From Octopus vulgaris (taxonomy: Eukaryota), in NCBI GenBank assembly GCA_951406725.2, contig OX597824.1, positions 99,014,001 to 99,078,000 on the forward strand: DNA of 64,000 nt, in the 5' to 3' direction. The translations under genes were made by a program, and so were the position numbers. Under the pieces are notes generated by a model. That model saw only the letters and a program-made list of their open reading frames with translations, was not told the origin of the DNA and did no database searches. Positions 1-14,355 of the stretch are shown here, piece by piece; positions within the stretch are counted from its first letter, which is position 1, and each line of letters starts with the position of its first letter.

Positions 1-660
1 TTCCTCATACATTCTCTGTATTCAATTATCATGTTCTTCTAACAAGTAACATCAGACAATTTGCAATTGCAGGGAGAAACCCTTCATTGCCAGCAGAGCT
101 TAGAACTCTCCGGGCTTTTCCATTCTATTCATATGTTGACTGCTCTACTCTTGAAACAAACTCCTCCACTGCTAATCATGTCACCAAGCTAAGAAAAGCT
201 ATCAACTACGTCTAGGAACTTCTTAAGCAGTTGAAAGAATTTATTTCACAAGCATTCTTACTGTGAACCAACTGCATCCAAAACCCTTCGGTCATGTCAA
301 CCTGCCTGAGGTTCAACTCTAACACTTACACACCCCTAATATACATTGGCCTATACACCAATGGCAGTTCTTCCATTTTGAACATTAACACTTCCAAATA
401 CTAGAAGAATTCTATCTTCTTCCTTGCTGACTAACACTTTTAACTTGCTTAAATTTATTTAAATTTATTGATATTTTAAGACATGATGATGATGATCTCT
501 TGATTCTAGACTCTGCTTTAATTTGGAATTTCTTCTCTAATTCTTTGACGGATTCAAGTGTGAGGACTTGGTCATGGGCATGTGTCTTAAACTCTTCTGT
601 TATGATATGAAGAACTTCAAGAAACAAGAAAGGAATGAAAACCACTAAATTCTTTGTTGA
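1..660 (-). mobile_element. Decayed RTE-type LINE RT fragment
   Basis: Reading ..LHIITEEFKT..ESVKELEKKFQI..ESRIK parallels the RTE copy at 22110-22270 (AITEESKTG..ESLPRLEKKFQVWKQGLESK). Confidence 0.55.
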
Positions 661-879
661 ACTCTTTGCTAACTCTCACCTTGCTGATAAGGCTTCTGTA
701 ATTAAATAAATGCCAACTAGAATGGCTTTTGCATAGCTTAAAACTTCTCTTGTAGCTGACCCTCTAAAAAAAGGCATTCAAAAAGTTACCCTGTGCTTAC
801 ACAAATCTAAATTGCATCATACCTAAGTTAATTTTATTCTTAATTAGTTGTGCTACTTTCATACTTTTGATCCATCACC

Positions 880-1260
880 TTGATAACTCTGTAGTTGCCT
901 GTCTCTTGAGCAGCTCCTTTGTTCTTGTAATAGCTGATGATGATGATGATGATAATGTTTCGACAATCCTTAGATATGATCCTTACTTGTACTGTGTAAG
1001 GGACTGCTGTAAAAGTCCTACTTCAGATAGTTTCAGTATCTCAGTGACTATTTCTGATGGTGCAACTACTTTCTCCATCTTTATAGCCTTAATGGCCATT
1101 TTAACGATGTAGCAATCAATTTCAATAACTGTTCTCCTGAACAGTCTCTCCCTCTCTCCCTCACTCTGTGAATTCTCTTCATTCATCAAACTCTCTATCC
1201 TGCTTTACACTGACATATCACTGCTATCTACAACATCTCACAACCTTCATCTTCACATCA
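880..1260 (-). mobile_element. Decayed R4/Dong-like non-LTR fragment
   Basis: Degenerate post-RT region (..EGERERLFRRTVIEIDCYIVKM..), resembling the GGRGL..EDCY motif. Confidence 0.35.
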
Positions 1261-1269
1261 CAGAACATT

Positions 1270-1900
1270 AACAAACTCATTACTTTCTACTTCTTCTAAT
1301 CCTTGCTACATGTACCACCACATGTCAAGCCTCTCTTCTAGCAACCTCATATTATTTCTTGCTTCCCACTTTTTACCATTCCTGTCTTTTAGCTTTTAGG
1401 CCTTTAACTACTGTAACGTTCCACCATCTTATCACCTTCCATTTGACTGGAACCTTGCTTTAACCACAGACCTGGTCTATGGCTCACAGAAGGAACTCCT
1501 GGTTGTTTTCTATGTTTTTCATCTCAATTCCTCCTCCTCCTCCCCCTCCTCTACATCCATGCTATCCAGTATTTCTTTGAATCTATATTGGGCCAAGATA
1601 CCTTTCATGCTTCCTACCTTCCTTCCACAGAGTGTCTTGGATCCACCAAGCTCTTACATTGACATCACTAATCACTCGTCTATGTTGAAGTAAATAGTTC
1701 TTTACAGGGACATTAGTATTAACAAGCATCTGTCTTTCTTGTTTCTTGACAAGTATAAAGTCTATTTGGTTTGTGTGTCTACACCGAATTGATAAGCGAT
1801 CAAGTGAGAGGTCAGTTTCCTGAAGTTAATGTTGCATCGTGGAACTTCCAAAACATTGATCTTTCTTCATTGTGAGACAGTAGCCATAGCCTCCATGTAC
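1270..1900 (-). mobile_element. Decayed RTE LINE, endonuclease-to-RT linker
   Basis: Similar to the plus-strand RTE copies at 21000-21250 and 46350-46900 (IDFILV, QHR.VISD and RWWN-like motifs). Confidence 0.55.
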
Positions 1901-2032
1901 ATTGGAACAGCCCTCAGCCTCCATGTACATTGGAACAGCCCTCATGCACAATGTGACTTGATAACAGCATCACTGCTGTCTGCTATTGAGGAATGCAGTA
2001 AGAAGGTTTTAGAGAAATGGTCCTTTTGCTAA

Positions 2033-2225
2033 CCCTTTTCATCCAACCTGCCCCTGCTTCAATGATGCAAATGACTTGTTTTAAAATGATCTAAATTAAA
2101 ATGTTTCACCAAAATTACAAATTTATGTTCCAAACTTCACAAAAGTTATTTTACTAAATTCATGATTTTCAAAATTAATTGAAACAAAAGCAGTGTATTT
2201 GAAGAGAATTAGGGTGACAAAAGGG
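2033..2225. mobile_element. piggyBac-like MITE (related partial copy at about 3226-3425)
   Basis: Starts (c)taa|CCCTTTT and ends AAAAGGG|tga. The AT-rich interior (TTTATGTTCCAAA..ATTTTACTA..GTATTT) recurs at 3.3 kb. Confidence 0.5.
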
Positions 2226-5200
2226 TGACTGTATTTGCTTTGTGCCTTTGGAAACTTATGAAATAAGAGATGTCTTATTTGAAAAGCAGATAAAGGTTAG
2301 TGAAAGGAAGAGCATCTGGCTGTAAAAACAATGTCTCAGGAATATCCATCTAACCCATGCCAACATGGTAAAATAGATGCAAAAGTGAACAAATGAATGA
2401 ATATATCTTAATTTTATGCGTTGAAATGGCAGGCTTTCACCTATGTAACTGGTAACACAGCCGAGTGGACAGCAATGGATACAGGGTTCAACTCTTATAG
2501 AAGTATATATTCTCTGTAATAAATTGATACTTAAAAATGGTCTACATAATAGATATACTAACAAAGACTGAATGCTCCACACCATTCTGAGTCTTGTTGG
2601 CAGTTTGAAAGAATTCCAATACATTGACAGAACAATGATCCTATAATTGTTAAATCAGGTGACAGTTTCTATTGATCAGACAGACAAAAGATGCTCAAAT
2701 CCAGTGGTAGTTCTATTTTAAAAGAGAATAACTCTGAATTAGTTTGCCTTTTCAACAGTTTCTTTGAAAGACAAATGGTGTGAGTATGTATGTGAGACAC
2801 TAGTCTATCATATCACGAGTCGGCTTGTGCGAGTTTTGTTTTAACACTTTGTACTAACACCTACTCTCATTAAATTGTTTGTTCTAACTTGGCATGTTAC
2901 AATATAAGTGGGCAGGGGTGATGAAATGCCATGCTCAAAAAGATGTTGTTGTTGTTGTCCCAACAGAAGTCCAATATTGCAATTTAAGTCAAAATGGCAG
3001 ACTGGCCACTTGCACCAACTTGAGAGTTGAGACTTCTACAAGAATCACAGAACTTGACTATGACAATTGAACTGGAGGTGTACCTGGCCAACCAATTTGC
3101 ATTCCACCATTAGAGTTTCATGCTGAAAATATTGTTTTATTGAGGCTGACCATTACATTAGTGATTGGGCCATCACATTGTTAATCACTGACAATAATGG
3201 AGATAGCAAAGTCAGTCCTCTTTGTTTAACCCACTTGAAACTGACCAGTCTGAGAGCATCCCTGGTTCAATGGGACAACCTTCCGATTTTAAAATGACTG
3301 AAATTTCCCAGTAACATTTCAGTTTAATTTATGTTCCAAAAATCAGTTGAATAATCACAAAATATTTTACTACATTCTTCATTATTTTTTAAAATCAACA
3401 AAAATAAAAAGGGTGTATTTCAACAGTCTTGAATTCATAAAGTACCAGTAAAACTTTACAGTGAAAAATGTCTTCTATATTTGGTCTCTTCAATAAAATT
3501 TGATCAAAGGAACCATTTGTGTTAACAAGTCTCTTGAAATAAAGGTGTTTAGAAGATGGAAAAAAAAATTTGGTTGATTCTTAGGAATTGATCAGTCTGG
3601 AGTTGTGAGCAATTGCAAGACCAATTTTATGCCGATATAAACCACATTTTTAATGTAACACATTTTATGATTATTATATTCTAAGAATAGCAGAATTGGT
3701 AAAAAAATAGAAATAAATTTTTAAAGATTTGTTCTTATCAAAATGTTTTCAGAAAATCTTTAAAATTTTTCAAAATAAATGTTAATTAGATGATGTTAAA
3801 GGACACTTTAGGGAGAAGACTTGGGGGGGGGAGACAATCAAGTCTACCAACTTAGGACGGAAGGTGATGGTGAGAGGAACTGAATTCAGAACATAAAGGG
3901 CTGTAACTAAGAACCACACTTTGTTTATCCTCATTACTGACTGATGCTATGAAGTGGTTATAAAAATGTTAAAACATGAGAGGAATGTATCAGAGATAAC
4001 GAATAAAAGCTGTCTGTGGTGATGAGAAGAGATGAAAAAGACAGAGAGAAATTGTTGTTAGTAAGTCATGGGAAATGGGAAATGAGAGAGAGGGGGAGAG
4101 AGAGTGAGAGTTGGCAATTGGTTATTAACAACTTATTTATGTATGAAGTAAATCGCACATGGATATAACACTTGGCGTCCATGTCTCTGATACCACAAGT
4201 TTATATATCTGCTTGGAGGAAGAAAACACAGGCTAATCTTGAAACCTGATCTGCACTTCCAGCAGAAGAAACTAAAATTAACAGCAACCAAATTATCTAA
4301 GAAAAAAACAGCTCTTTAATTAATCCAGTCATTAAGTATGGCCTGGCCTAGAAGTTTTCTTGTGGACAGTGGCTATTAATGGAAGCCATTTTGTGCTCAA
4401 GTTGGATACTTCCTCACAACAGAGACAAGTAGTTTTCAGCCAAGTACCGAACGGTACTTAACAACTTTTCAAGTAGACAAACTATTTCAACTGTGCACTG
4501 GAAACCCAACATAATAACTGTTAAGACAACTTTTGTTACAAACAGTCATTTAACAATTGACAGAGTTGTTGTAACAATGGAAAGCAAACTTGATTTAATG
4601 GTTTAATTTTTTTGGATAATGAAGGAGACTGCAATAGTTTACAAGTCAGCAACAGAACTTTGATGCAGATGTTCAACTTGCTGGAAACAGAAGCTAAATC
4701 TCCTGCAACACCTTACAATCTTAGAGAAAAAAATAATGTTGTAGCTATCATTGATAGGAGACGGGATGTTTATGGTCGGAAAACTTTCCATCCTCAACCT
4801 ACTGGATGAAGGCTGAAATGGAGTTAAATTGCAATGACCCAAATATTTAGGGAAGGACTAAATTACAGAATGACTTTGGTATTTAAATAGCACTACTATC
4901 TAAATAGATGATGCTAACCAAGAATTACAAGATGACATAACTGAGAGAAGTTTCTCCACAGTATGGGACCTTGTCTTCTCCTAAACCCTTGGGGTAACCA
5001 CATTGTAACATTACTTGGAATTTCCTCCATCAACTTTGTCCCCAAAAGTCACAAACCACACAACCCTAGCCACCATCATTTCTGCCCCTAACTGCCCAAC
5101 CAAACTTCTCTCCTCTTCACAAAATATTACCACCCCTCGTCACCACTTTACCCCCTACACATTAAAGACACCAATTGTGACTTAAACCTCTTCATTTCAT

Positions 5201-6859
5201 TCTTCTTTTTGCATGAACAGTCCAAACTACGACTACTACTACTATTATTATTACTACTACCACCACCACTACTGCCACTGGTGTCACACGGCAATGGTTT
5301 TGTGATACACAGAAACACACACTTTAATACCATTTTATTGGTTCTCTGCCAATTTTGTGAGGACAATTGAAAAAAATCTTTAAATCTATTCCTAACTTTA
5401 CTGCCTTAAATGCCAGGTAGAGAGAGAGGGTGGGAGGAGTTCCATAGACAATGTCACAACTAAGAAAGCCATCCTTCCAGTTGTCCATTATGAATATTGA
5501 ATATCTACCGTTTCTAGGAACAGGGAAAAACCTACAACTTGCAGAAATCATTGACCCACAACACATCAGCAGCAAGAAAATAACAACAACCAAAACTAAA
5601 GATGCAAATATTAAAATTATGTCAAATTTAAAAGTTTTTGAAGGATTAAAAACAACCTCCCCCCACCCCCCCCAGCTTGGCTAGAATGATTAACACCTTT
5701 CTCAAACACAGAGTAAGCAGCAGCAGTAATAGTTGCAGCAGAACTAATTTAGCCCTGAGTCAGACCTGATCAAGTAGACACACCTATGATCACAGAGATA
5801 CTGTGATTTTCATATTCTTCTTCAGCACAGAATATCCAAGATTACATTGTCCAATATGGCCTTCCTTTTATTTAAGTAGTAAAGATGGTGTCAAAGGAAG
5901 TTTGGCTGCTATTTCTAGCAGACTGAGCAACAGTAATCAGTCTTTGTTATTGGTTTGTGGTTGCAAAAGAAGAATTCAAGGATAGAAATTTCTACTCTGG
6001 TTGGTTACGGAGCTCACCTTACAGCCACAAAATTATAGAGTCCATTCCACTGTGTGGCACCTATGGTTAGTGTCTTCTTCAACAGCTCCAGCCTGGCCAA
6101 TGCCTTGTTAGGAAATCTGGTAGACGGAAGCTGTAGGGAGCTCTTCAACACACATAGATATATATGCACATGTACGTGTGTGTGTATACATACATGTATA
6201 AATGCTGACCCCCCCACCACTGCCCCGTGACTTTGGATGAGTGTTGACATTCCTCGCTGACATTAATCTTGGGTTGGTTTGTACTTTTGAAGAACTGTGG
6301 TATAAAAAAATCTGTAAGGGTTGGTGACAGGAAGTGCATCCTGTGGCAAAATCCTGTCTCAAAAATGTCTCCACTGAACCCCTGCTGGCATGGAAAGCAC
6401 ATCTCAAATGAACAAACAAAGAATTCAGTAGCTTCGTGCCATATTTCCAAATAAGAAAAGAATGTCACTCACAAAAGAGTCTTGATGATCTTATTGTGTT
6501 TATATAGTAAAATAGTTAATATGCTTTGAATGGTAGCTTTTTCTTTTTTATGACTCAACTATAGAAGAGATCTGTAATGAAGCTATATTTAAACTAAATC
6601 ATCATGAAAACATTATTTCTAAAATATTTCACCATTCCACCCACGACCAAATGCTATTTTCAAAAATGGTCAACTCACAATATTGTCACTTGCTTTGTGA
6701 TAAAACACATAATGAATGTTGCCTTTCATATTCAACAATTAACAGCAAAATATATTAAAATATATTTCGGAAACTGCAGTCCTCTCTCATATAAATATAT
6801 GAAGGAAAAATACTCAGTTATTAAATAATAATGAGATTACAGTCCTCTTTCAGATATAA

Positions 6860-8190
6860 TGGTTTCAAATTTTGGCACAGGGCCAAAAATTTTGGAGAAA
6901 GGGGTTAAGTCAATTACTTTGAGCCCAGTGCCTGACTGGTACTTATTTTATCAACCTGCAAAAGGATGAAAGGCAAAGTCAACCTTGGTGGAATTTGAAC
7001 TCAGACCATAAAGACAGACAAAATCCGGCTAAGCACTTTGCCCCACATGCTAATATTAAGAACAACAAAGCTATTATTAAAACATGAAGGTCACCATTGT
7101 TGTTATGAGATGGATCAACAACGCCACAGCCCTCCCTTGCACATCTTTTATGGAGTGTGAGGAAGAACGTTCAGTAAAAACTAGTTGTAAGTTAGTTCGT
7201 TGGTTTTGACAGAACTGAAAAAAAATCAAAGGGTTTCTAACACAGGAACAAGGGCAGAAATTTTGGGAAGAATATGGGGGTCAAATAAATTGAGCCTTTA
7301 TTATTATTTATGTTATCAACCTTAAAGTGCAGAGTTGACCGCAGTGAGATTTGAGCTCAGAACATAGAAGACTGTAACTAAACAAGGTAAGACAGTCTGC
7401 CCAGTGCTTTGGTGACTATGCCATTGATCAGTTAAATAATAATAATAATCCTTTCTGCTAAAGGCACAAGGCCTGAAATTTGGGGGTGGAAACAAGTGGT
7501 CGATTACATTGATCCCAGTGCATAACTGGTACTTATTTCATCAACCCTGAAAGGGTGAGAGGCAGAGTCGACCCCAGGGGAATTTGAACTCAGAACATAA
7601 AGGTAGATGAAATGCTGCTAAGCATTTTGCCTGGCATGCTAACAATTCGGCCAACTCACCGCCTTAATAATAATAATAATAATAATGTTACTGAAGCAGA
7701 GGAGCAGGCATTTTAGAGGGAGATTGTTAGCCAATTACACTGACTCCAGTATGTGACTGGTACTTTTTTCCATGCTGGCATAGGTTAGACAGTTTGACTG
7801 GAACTGGAAAGTCAAAGAGCTGCACCAGGCTCCAGTCTGTTTTGGCTTGGTTTCTATGGTTGGATGCCTTTCCTAATGCCAACCACTCCACACAGTGTAC
7901 CAGTGCCTTTTACGTGTCACCAGCATGGATGCCTTTTATGTGTCACATATATTATGCAAACTTAATATTATTATTATTATTATTAAAGTGGTCAGCTGGC
8001 AGAGTTGTTAGCATGCTGGGCAAAACAATTAGCAGCATTTTGTCCATCTTTAGATTTTGAGTTCAAATTCCACCAAGGTCAACTTTGCCTTTCATCCTTT
8101 TGGGGGTCAACAAAATAAGTACCAGATAAACACTGGGGTCTTGCCCCTCTCCCAAACTTGCTGGCCTTGTGCAAAAATTTGAAACCATTA
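6860..8190. mobile_element. Cluster of tRNA-derived SINEs with a Meta-like core (about 6860-7055 -, 7455-7665 -, 7985-8190 +)
   Basis: A/B-box head (GAGCTGGCAGAAT..GAGTTCAAATTCC) and core GCCTTTCATCCTTT.GGGGTCGATAAAATAAGTACCAG; same family as the copy at 35730. Confidence 0.8.
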
Positions 8191-8192
8191 TC

Positions 8193-8226
<34 letters not shown>

Positions 8227-9354
8227 CCTTCACCATTATCATTATTGATAGCAAAATCCCAAAGCCACCCAATTAAGCAAAGATGTAATTGATTAAATGA
8301 AGCCTGGGACAGGATTCATTTTTATTGTATCAGCTCTTGAAGGATGAAAGATAAAGTTGACCGTAGCAGGATTTGAACTCACTACAGCTATATAATAAAC
8401 ATAATAGAGCTTATTTTATTTCTGAATGTGAAAGAAGGGGTAGAGCAGTGTCTATTTGGGTGAGGTGGGTTTGGTCAGTGTTCAGTAATTGCCAGGGAGA
8501 GTGGATTAAGTAAAATATTTAATAGGCAAATGGTCATTTAGGACGAATTAATGGATTTAAATGCAGTCCAGCATTTAGTGTCAATAAATTGTTGTTTAGG
8601 TAGTCTTGATCAGACAGACCAATAACCAAAGCCATTCCAGCTGTGACCATTCCATTGATTTCTGATGGACTGCACCCTCTAATATGTATTTCCTTTTCTA
8701 ACATAGCAAAGTGTGACTTGAGGGAAATTGGCTGATATTTCTAGCAAGTCTTCCAAACACATAGAAGACCCCTTGTTGATGTAATGTATTAAACAGAACA
8801 AATGTATTCAGCCGGGAAACAACCTGTTTTCACAAGCAATATTTCAGACTGAAGTGATTACTTCAAAAGACATCAGACATTCATTAGTGCAACGCTGCCA
8901 GGTGTTAATGATATTTCAGATGCTTGCAGTAAATAAAGGTGCAAACAAAAACATTAACGAGAACAAAACAAACTGATTATTTCACAGAAAAGAGTAAATA
9001 GCAAAGCACGATGCCCTTCACTAAAACTACTTTATCCTGCAGCTTCTGAATAAAGTTGTAAGTATTGAGAGAACAAACATAAAGAATGTAAAAATATTTG
9101 AAGATTTAGTCTTGATAAAGTAAGAAGATGGTAGTTAATCTAGAGTGTCCTGTTTTACACAGAGAAAAGAATATCTGTGATTTGTCATTGCTGTTGTTTA
9201 ACCACAGATCTGTTCTGATTAGGTAGACTTAGGATCAACACAGAACAAACCACAACCATCTAGCTTTGCTACATAATGTCTCTAGCATGATATAAGAGTT
9301 CTAGGAGTATAGAAGGAGATTTGGCAAGTTTCTTTTCAGTTTGGTGAAAATTGC

Positions 9355-9505
9355 ATCTGGGCAACCTTTTCCAAGAAGCAGGTTGCATGAGGCATGGCTC
9401 GCCATCAGGTGGGCTGCACTACTCAAAAACATTCAAAGTAATTCTTTCATTTAGCATGTCATTCAGAAAGTCCTGAGGGCTGCAGTCTACCCATGACAGG
9501 TCTAA
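9355..9505. mobile_element. Small decayed hAT/Charlie-like MITE
   Basis: Ends resemble ..GGGCAACCT.. and ..GGGCTGCAGTCTACCCATGAC, an imperfect terminal inverted pair. Confidence 0.35.
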
Positions 9506-10694
9506 AGAGAAAAAAAACCATGCTGATGATGATCGGGAGTCCTCTGAGACCAGTGAGATCAATGGAGAGTGTGATGGGGAATAAGAGGAGGAGGAGGAGG
9601 AGGAGGAGGAAAGCCAGGTGAGCTGGGAGCATCACTATGGTAACAAAAGAAAAAGACAGAGAGATGGGACAGTATGTTTGTGAGTCAGATGTGGAATGTG
9701 TTGTGATCCATTTTTAAAAACCATTCAAAGAGCCCCTTTTTTTATGAAATCTAGTGTGTGTTGTGTGTGACTATCAACAGTAACAACAACACACCACTGT
9801 GGATATCAGCCGGGATTTGTAGTGTCATTAGTAATTGTTGTGGGATGAAATATCTTCTGGCTCTGTAGAGGAAAGTCAGTGTTTGTGTTTACCAAGAAAG
9901 CTCCCCAATGAGGCTGAGGTAGAAGGCCTTGAGGGCTCTGGTTGCGGTCTACAGTTTATATTCAGAAGGGCTGGAGTGGGACTTTATTTTTCTATGTGTG
10001 TAATGATTAAGAATGGCTGATGTGAAGTGCTTAGTTTGCATGTAGAAGGTGCTTGGCAGTTAGGGCAGTGTGAAGGATGGTGCCATCTGTGTAGAAATGG
10101 ATGGACACAGATTGTTGTAAAGAAGGAAGATACAAAGTAGAAAACAAATCTGAGACACAACAGACTTGATAACAGGTCAAGCACCCACCTACACACCCGC
10201 CTGTTCATCTACCATATGTCTACATTGTGCTAATACAGTCACTAATTTCTTTTAGTACAACTAAGAATAACATTTAAGAGACTGTGTGTCTTACATTAAT
10301 TTAATTATTCTATAATTATTTTTTAAAAAATTAAAAATCACAAAAACTGTGGGAAGACAAACCCAAACCCTTATTCCCGTTATATCAGTTCCTTCATTTG
10401 TTTGTGTAATGTCTGTTTTTCCTTGTTAGCATGGCTTAGACGAAAGGTAATTGAGGTAGGATGCCCTTCCTGTCACTAACCTTTACCTTTTTTTCAACCA
10501 AAGAGATTCGAAAGTGCAGAGATTAATGGATGATTTATTCACAGGAAATGCCAACAGACTTCACCAGTTGCGGCCGAGCCACAAACGGTGGAATGTCACT
10601 GTTTGTAGTTGAGTGGCAAGTGAGGAGGACATTAGCCAAGCAGAGCCTTGGAAATATTCATACACACATATATGTAAGTGTATATATGTTTGTA

Positions 10695-10980
10695 GGTGCA
10701 AGGCCTAGTGGTTACGGTGTTGCATTCACAATTGCAAGATTATGGTTTCAATTCCCAGACTGAGTGATGCATTGTGTTCTTGAGCAAAACACTTCATTCC
10801 ACATTGCTCCAGTCCATCCAGCTGTAACTGGGCAACGCTCTGGCATTCTGTTCACGGGTAATGTTGGTCTGCCCCACAAGCTTGTGGTGAAAGATCATTC
10901 GAAAGTTACGACAATGTGACGAAGCACACTGTGATCAGCAGTGTAAAACATCATCCGATAGTCTGGTCAACACAGTGATG
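10695..10980 (+). mobile_element. tRNA-derived CORE-type SINE
   Basis: GGCCTAGTGGTTA A box, GGTTTCAATTCC B box, then GTGTTCTTGAGCAAAACACTT core. Same family at 29983 and 35012. Confidence 0.75.
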
Positions 10981-11153
10981 TGTGTGTACACTCACGGTGG
11001 GCTTCTCTCAGTTTTCGTCAGAAGGCATTGATCAGGCTGGGGTTATAGTAGACACTTGTCCAATGCACCCTTAAAGCCATGTGATTGAGAAGTAAAATTC
11101 CTAACCACACAGACACGTCTGCATCTGTGGCTACAGCTGCACAGAAGCTGACA

Positions 11154-11370
11154 GATATCCTCAATATAATTGTAATATTAAACAAATATCAATATAACTG
11201 TAATATTATAAAACATTAATATACCTGCGATATTAAAAGGATATTAATATAAAACAGATATCAAGATAACTGTAATATTAAATTGATATTATCAGCATAA
11301 CAGCAATATCAAATAGATATTAATGTAGCTGTAATATCAAAGAGATATCACCAACATAACTGTAATATCG
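11154..11370 (+). repeat. Degenerate minisatellite of about 28 bp (consensus close to AAATAGATATCAATATAACTGTAATATT, about 7-8 units)
   Basis: Repeated ..ATAACTGTAATAT.. units visible directly. Confidence 0.75.
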
Positions 11371-12364
11371 GCATTAAAATAACGAGGAAGTGTGGACGCG
11401 GTCGATAAACCTACCAAAAATAACAGTCAAATCTCACTCAAAGACCCACCTAGTCTCTTTAAAGGACAGAGTGGTCACCTCTGGAACGTTCAATCGGGGC
11501 TAAACAACAACGAAAGAAGTGAGACATCCTAATATATTCAATTTATAGATGCGGATTATAAAGAGTATTCTTACTGCCACAAACCATCATCATCATCACC
11601 ATCGCTATCATCATCATGGTTGCGATAATGATGCAACCAGAAATAGCGACAGCACTACTATTTCTTAGTTCTTATGATCCCAGAACATCTGTTTCGTATT
11701 TTTAATGAAGCCGTTGTTCCGAAATTCTTTAATGTGCAGCAGACTAATGACATACCACAACAATACTAACACACACACACACGAAGATATGTGAAATGTG
11801 TACGAATGAATGCTAATATTCTATTTATATGTGTGTGTACACACACACACGCATATATATATGTGTAACTAAAGAAATTAGAAGAGAGGTTAGAAACAGA
11901 GTAGCAGGTGGTATGTGAGACTCAGAGTTACGGAACCAAAAATGTCTAAGTTTGGGTGTTGCCTCACCAAAATGACGTAACAACAACTACAAGACAGAAA
12001 GAAAAAACACAACGAGAAAACTGATACAAATATAAATGTGTGTGTGTGTGTGTGTGAGTGTGTATGTATATATATATATATATATATATATAGGAAGTTT
12101 ATAAAAATAATAATAAAAATAGAAGCAAAATACGCGGCGATCTGAAGTGTATTTGGCAGGTTATTAAATAATAATTTTTAAAATCGAGCAAATAATAATG
12201 TGAGAGAGAAAAGGATGTAAAAGTTGGAAATGAAGTGGGTTTGTTTGGAAGATCTGGGAGAGAAAAATCGAACAACCACCCACGCAATCGAGGAAATCAT
12301 TTTAAAAATACAAATGACAAAATAGAAATATATATATATATAGAGAGAGAGAGATATAGATATA

Positions 12365-12381
12365 TAATAATGATAATAATG

Positions 12382-12472
<91 letters not shown>
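12365..12472 (+). repeat. (AAT)n microsatellite
   Basis: Direct observation; source of the poly-I/Y/L pseudo-ORFs. Confidence 0.95.
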
Positions 12473-12474
<2 letters not shown>

Positions 12475-12866
12475 CGATGACGACGATGGTGGAGCAAAGA
12501 AGGAGGAAGAGAAGGAATTGTATTTTGCCAGTTTGTGGAGTGAGTGTGGCGGATTGGGTATGGAAGTTTATAGAAATGGTTTTGATATCGACTAGAACTG
12601 CTGTCTCCTGCTTGGTTTTGTTGAAGACCAATCAAGGTTTAGAGAGATATCAACATTTTGGTAACAACGGAAAGGAATCTTTACACCGACATTTGTCTTG
12701 GAGAAGATTTATCAGAGAATAGATTATTAAGACTGCACACACACACACACATAGGTGAGGGTGTGTATATACGTACACGATCAAGCTATGACTATACACA
12801 CACACACACACACACACATGGGGGGGGACATATACATATACACTCTCGATAAAAAAATTATATATA

Positions 12867-12909
<43 letters not shown>

Positions 12910-13612
12910 CACACACACATTTTTATAGACATGTACATATAGATGTATGCATACATAAATGAATCTTTGTATACATGCATATATAAACGTGTGAGAGAGA
13001 GAGAGAGAATATATATGTGTGTGTGTGTGTGTGTGTACATATGTGTGTATAATATTTAGACTAGGTTAATTAAATATTCCATTTTGCAGAATTTTGTACA
13101 GTAAATAATGAGACAATAATATTTACTCGACTGTTTTTTATTTATTTAATATTATCTGCATTATTAATGTCATTATCATTGAAATCTTTTCGGGTAACCT
13201 CCACACACACACACACACACACACACACAACCATTTTTGAGCTAACAGCAGAGAAATAACAATATTAAAATACATTTTATATAAACAGACAAAGCAAATG
13301 ACAGAAGACAAGCTGAGAGTTTGATGAAGAGTGAAAGAGCAGCGATCGAACTGAAGCAAATCCATCGTGATGATTAGAGAGAGATGATGATGGGGATAGT
13401 GATGACGATGATGATGATGGAGATTATAAAAACAGAGAAGTAACGAACGGTCGGCAGAGTTGGATGAATTCTGGACACAAAAAATAAATAAATCTGATGT
13501 ATTTAACATGAATGTGTAAGGGAAGAGAGGAAAGGAGAGATCGCTTTTTGTGTGTATGCATGTGTGTGTGTGTGTATATATATTCACACGCAAACACACA
13601 CACACGTCAATC

Positions 13613-13643
<31 letters not shown>

Positions 13644-13722
13644 CAGCTATTTCGAAGTTTCGGCAAGTGCGGTTTTTTATCTATCTATCTATCTATGCAT
13701 ATTTAGCTATCTACACACACAC

Positions 13723-13770
<48 letters not shown>

Positions 13771-13876
13771 TTTTTATACAGACATGTACATATAGATGTA
13801 TGCATACATAAATATGTATATATATATATATATATGCTTACACACACATATATATATATACATATATATGTATATG

Positions 13877-13907
<31 letters not shown>

Positions 13908-14355
13908 TGTGTGTGTGTGTAGAAGGCGAGGGTAGGAGGGGGAGGAGGAGGGGGCGCAGTGAGAGAAAGAGAAAGAAGGCGAAGAAGAGGTTTTCGTGTG
14001 AAAATAAAGGATGGTCGACAACTGAAAACAATTTTCATAAAACGAATTCTTGGAAGATATCTGGAGAGAATGTCGTTAGGTGTTTGATTAAAATAAAAGG
14101 GGAACAGGAAGGACATTTATGAAGGAAGCAGATGACAGAAGGGAGACGATGAGAGAAGAAGAAGAATTAAAAGAGAGAAGAAGAAGAAAGGAGAGACGTG
14201 AGAGGAAAGGAATAGAAGCGAAGAGAGAGGAAGGAAATGATTTATATATGTATATTGTAGAAGATGTAAGTGGAATTGTAAACGAAGGGCCGACGAGGCA
14301 AGTGAGAGAGAGAGAACGAAAATAAAGGCGAGACGTGAAGGGAGTCGTGGCGAAC

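Larger units (their letters stand above)
1..14355 (-). other. NCKAP1: Intron 1 of NCKAP1 (longer than 14.3 kb, continues beyond the window)
   Basis: GT donor at 14355. No segment resembling the expected next residues (ACGDPKAKPS..KFIVRKFP) was seen by manual scan. The interval is filled with TE relics. Confidence 0.65.

Noticed and set aside
2230-2280. Possible NCKAP1 exon 2 (HKFPKA reading)
   Set aside because: Only KFP matches; it abuts TE sequence and has no proper splice sites.
4612-4842. Short overlapping ORFs in unique-looking intronic DNA
   Set aside because: Length expected by chance; no motif or splice support.
12235-14122. Many ORFs rich in YI, CV, TH, poly-I and poly-Y (also 38437-38731, 53102-53436, 60385-60761)
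   Set aside because: Translations of microsatellites, not genes.
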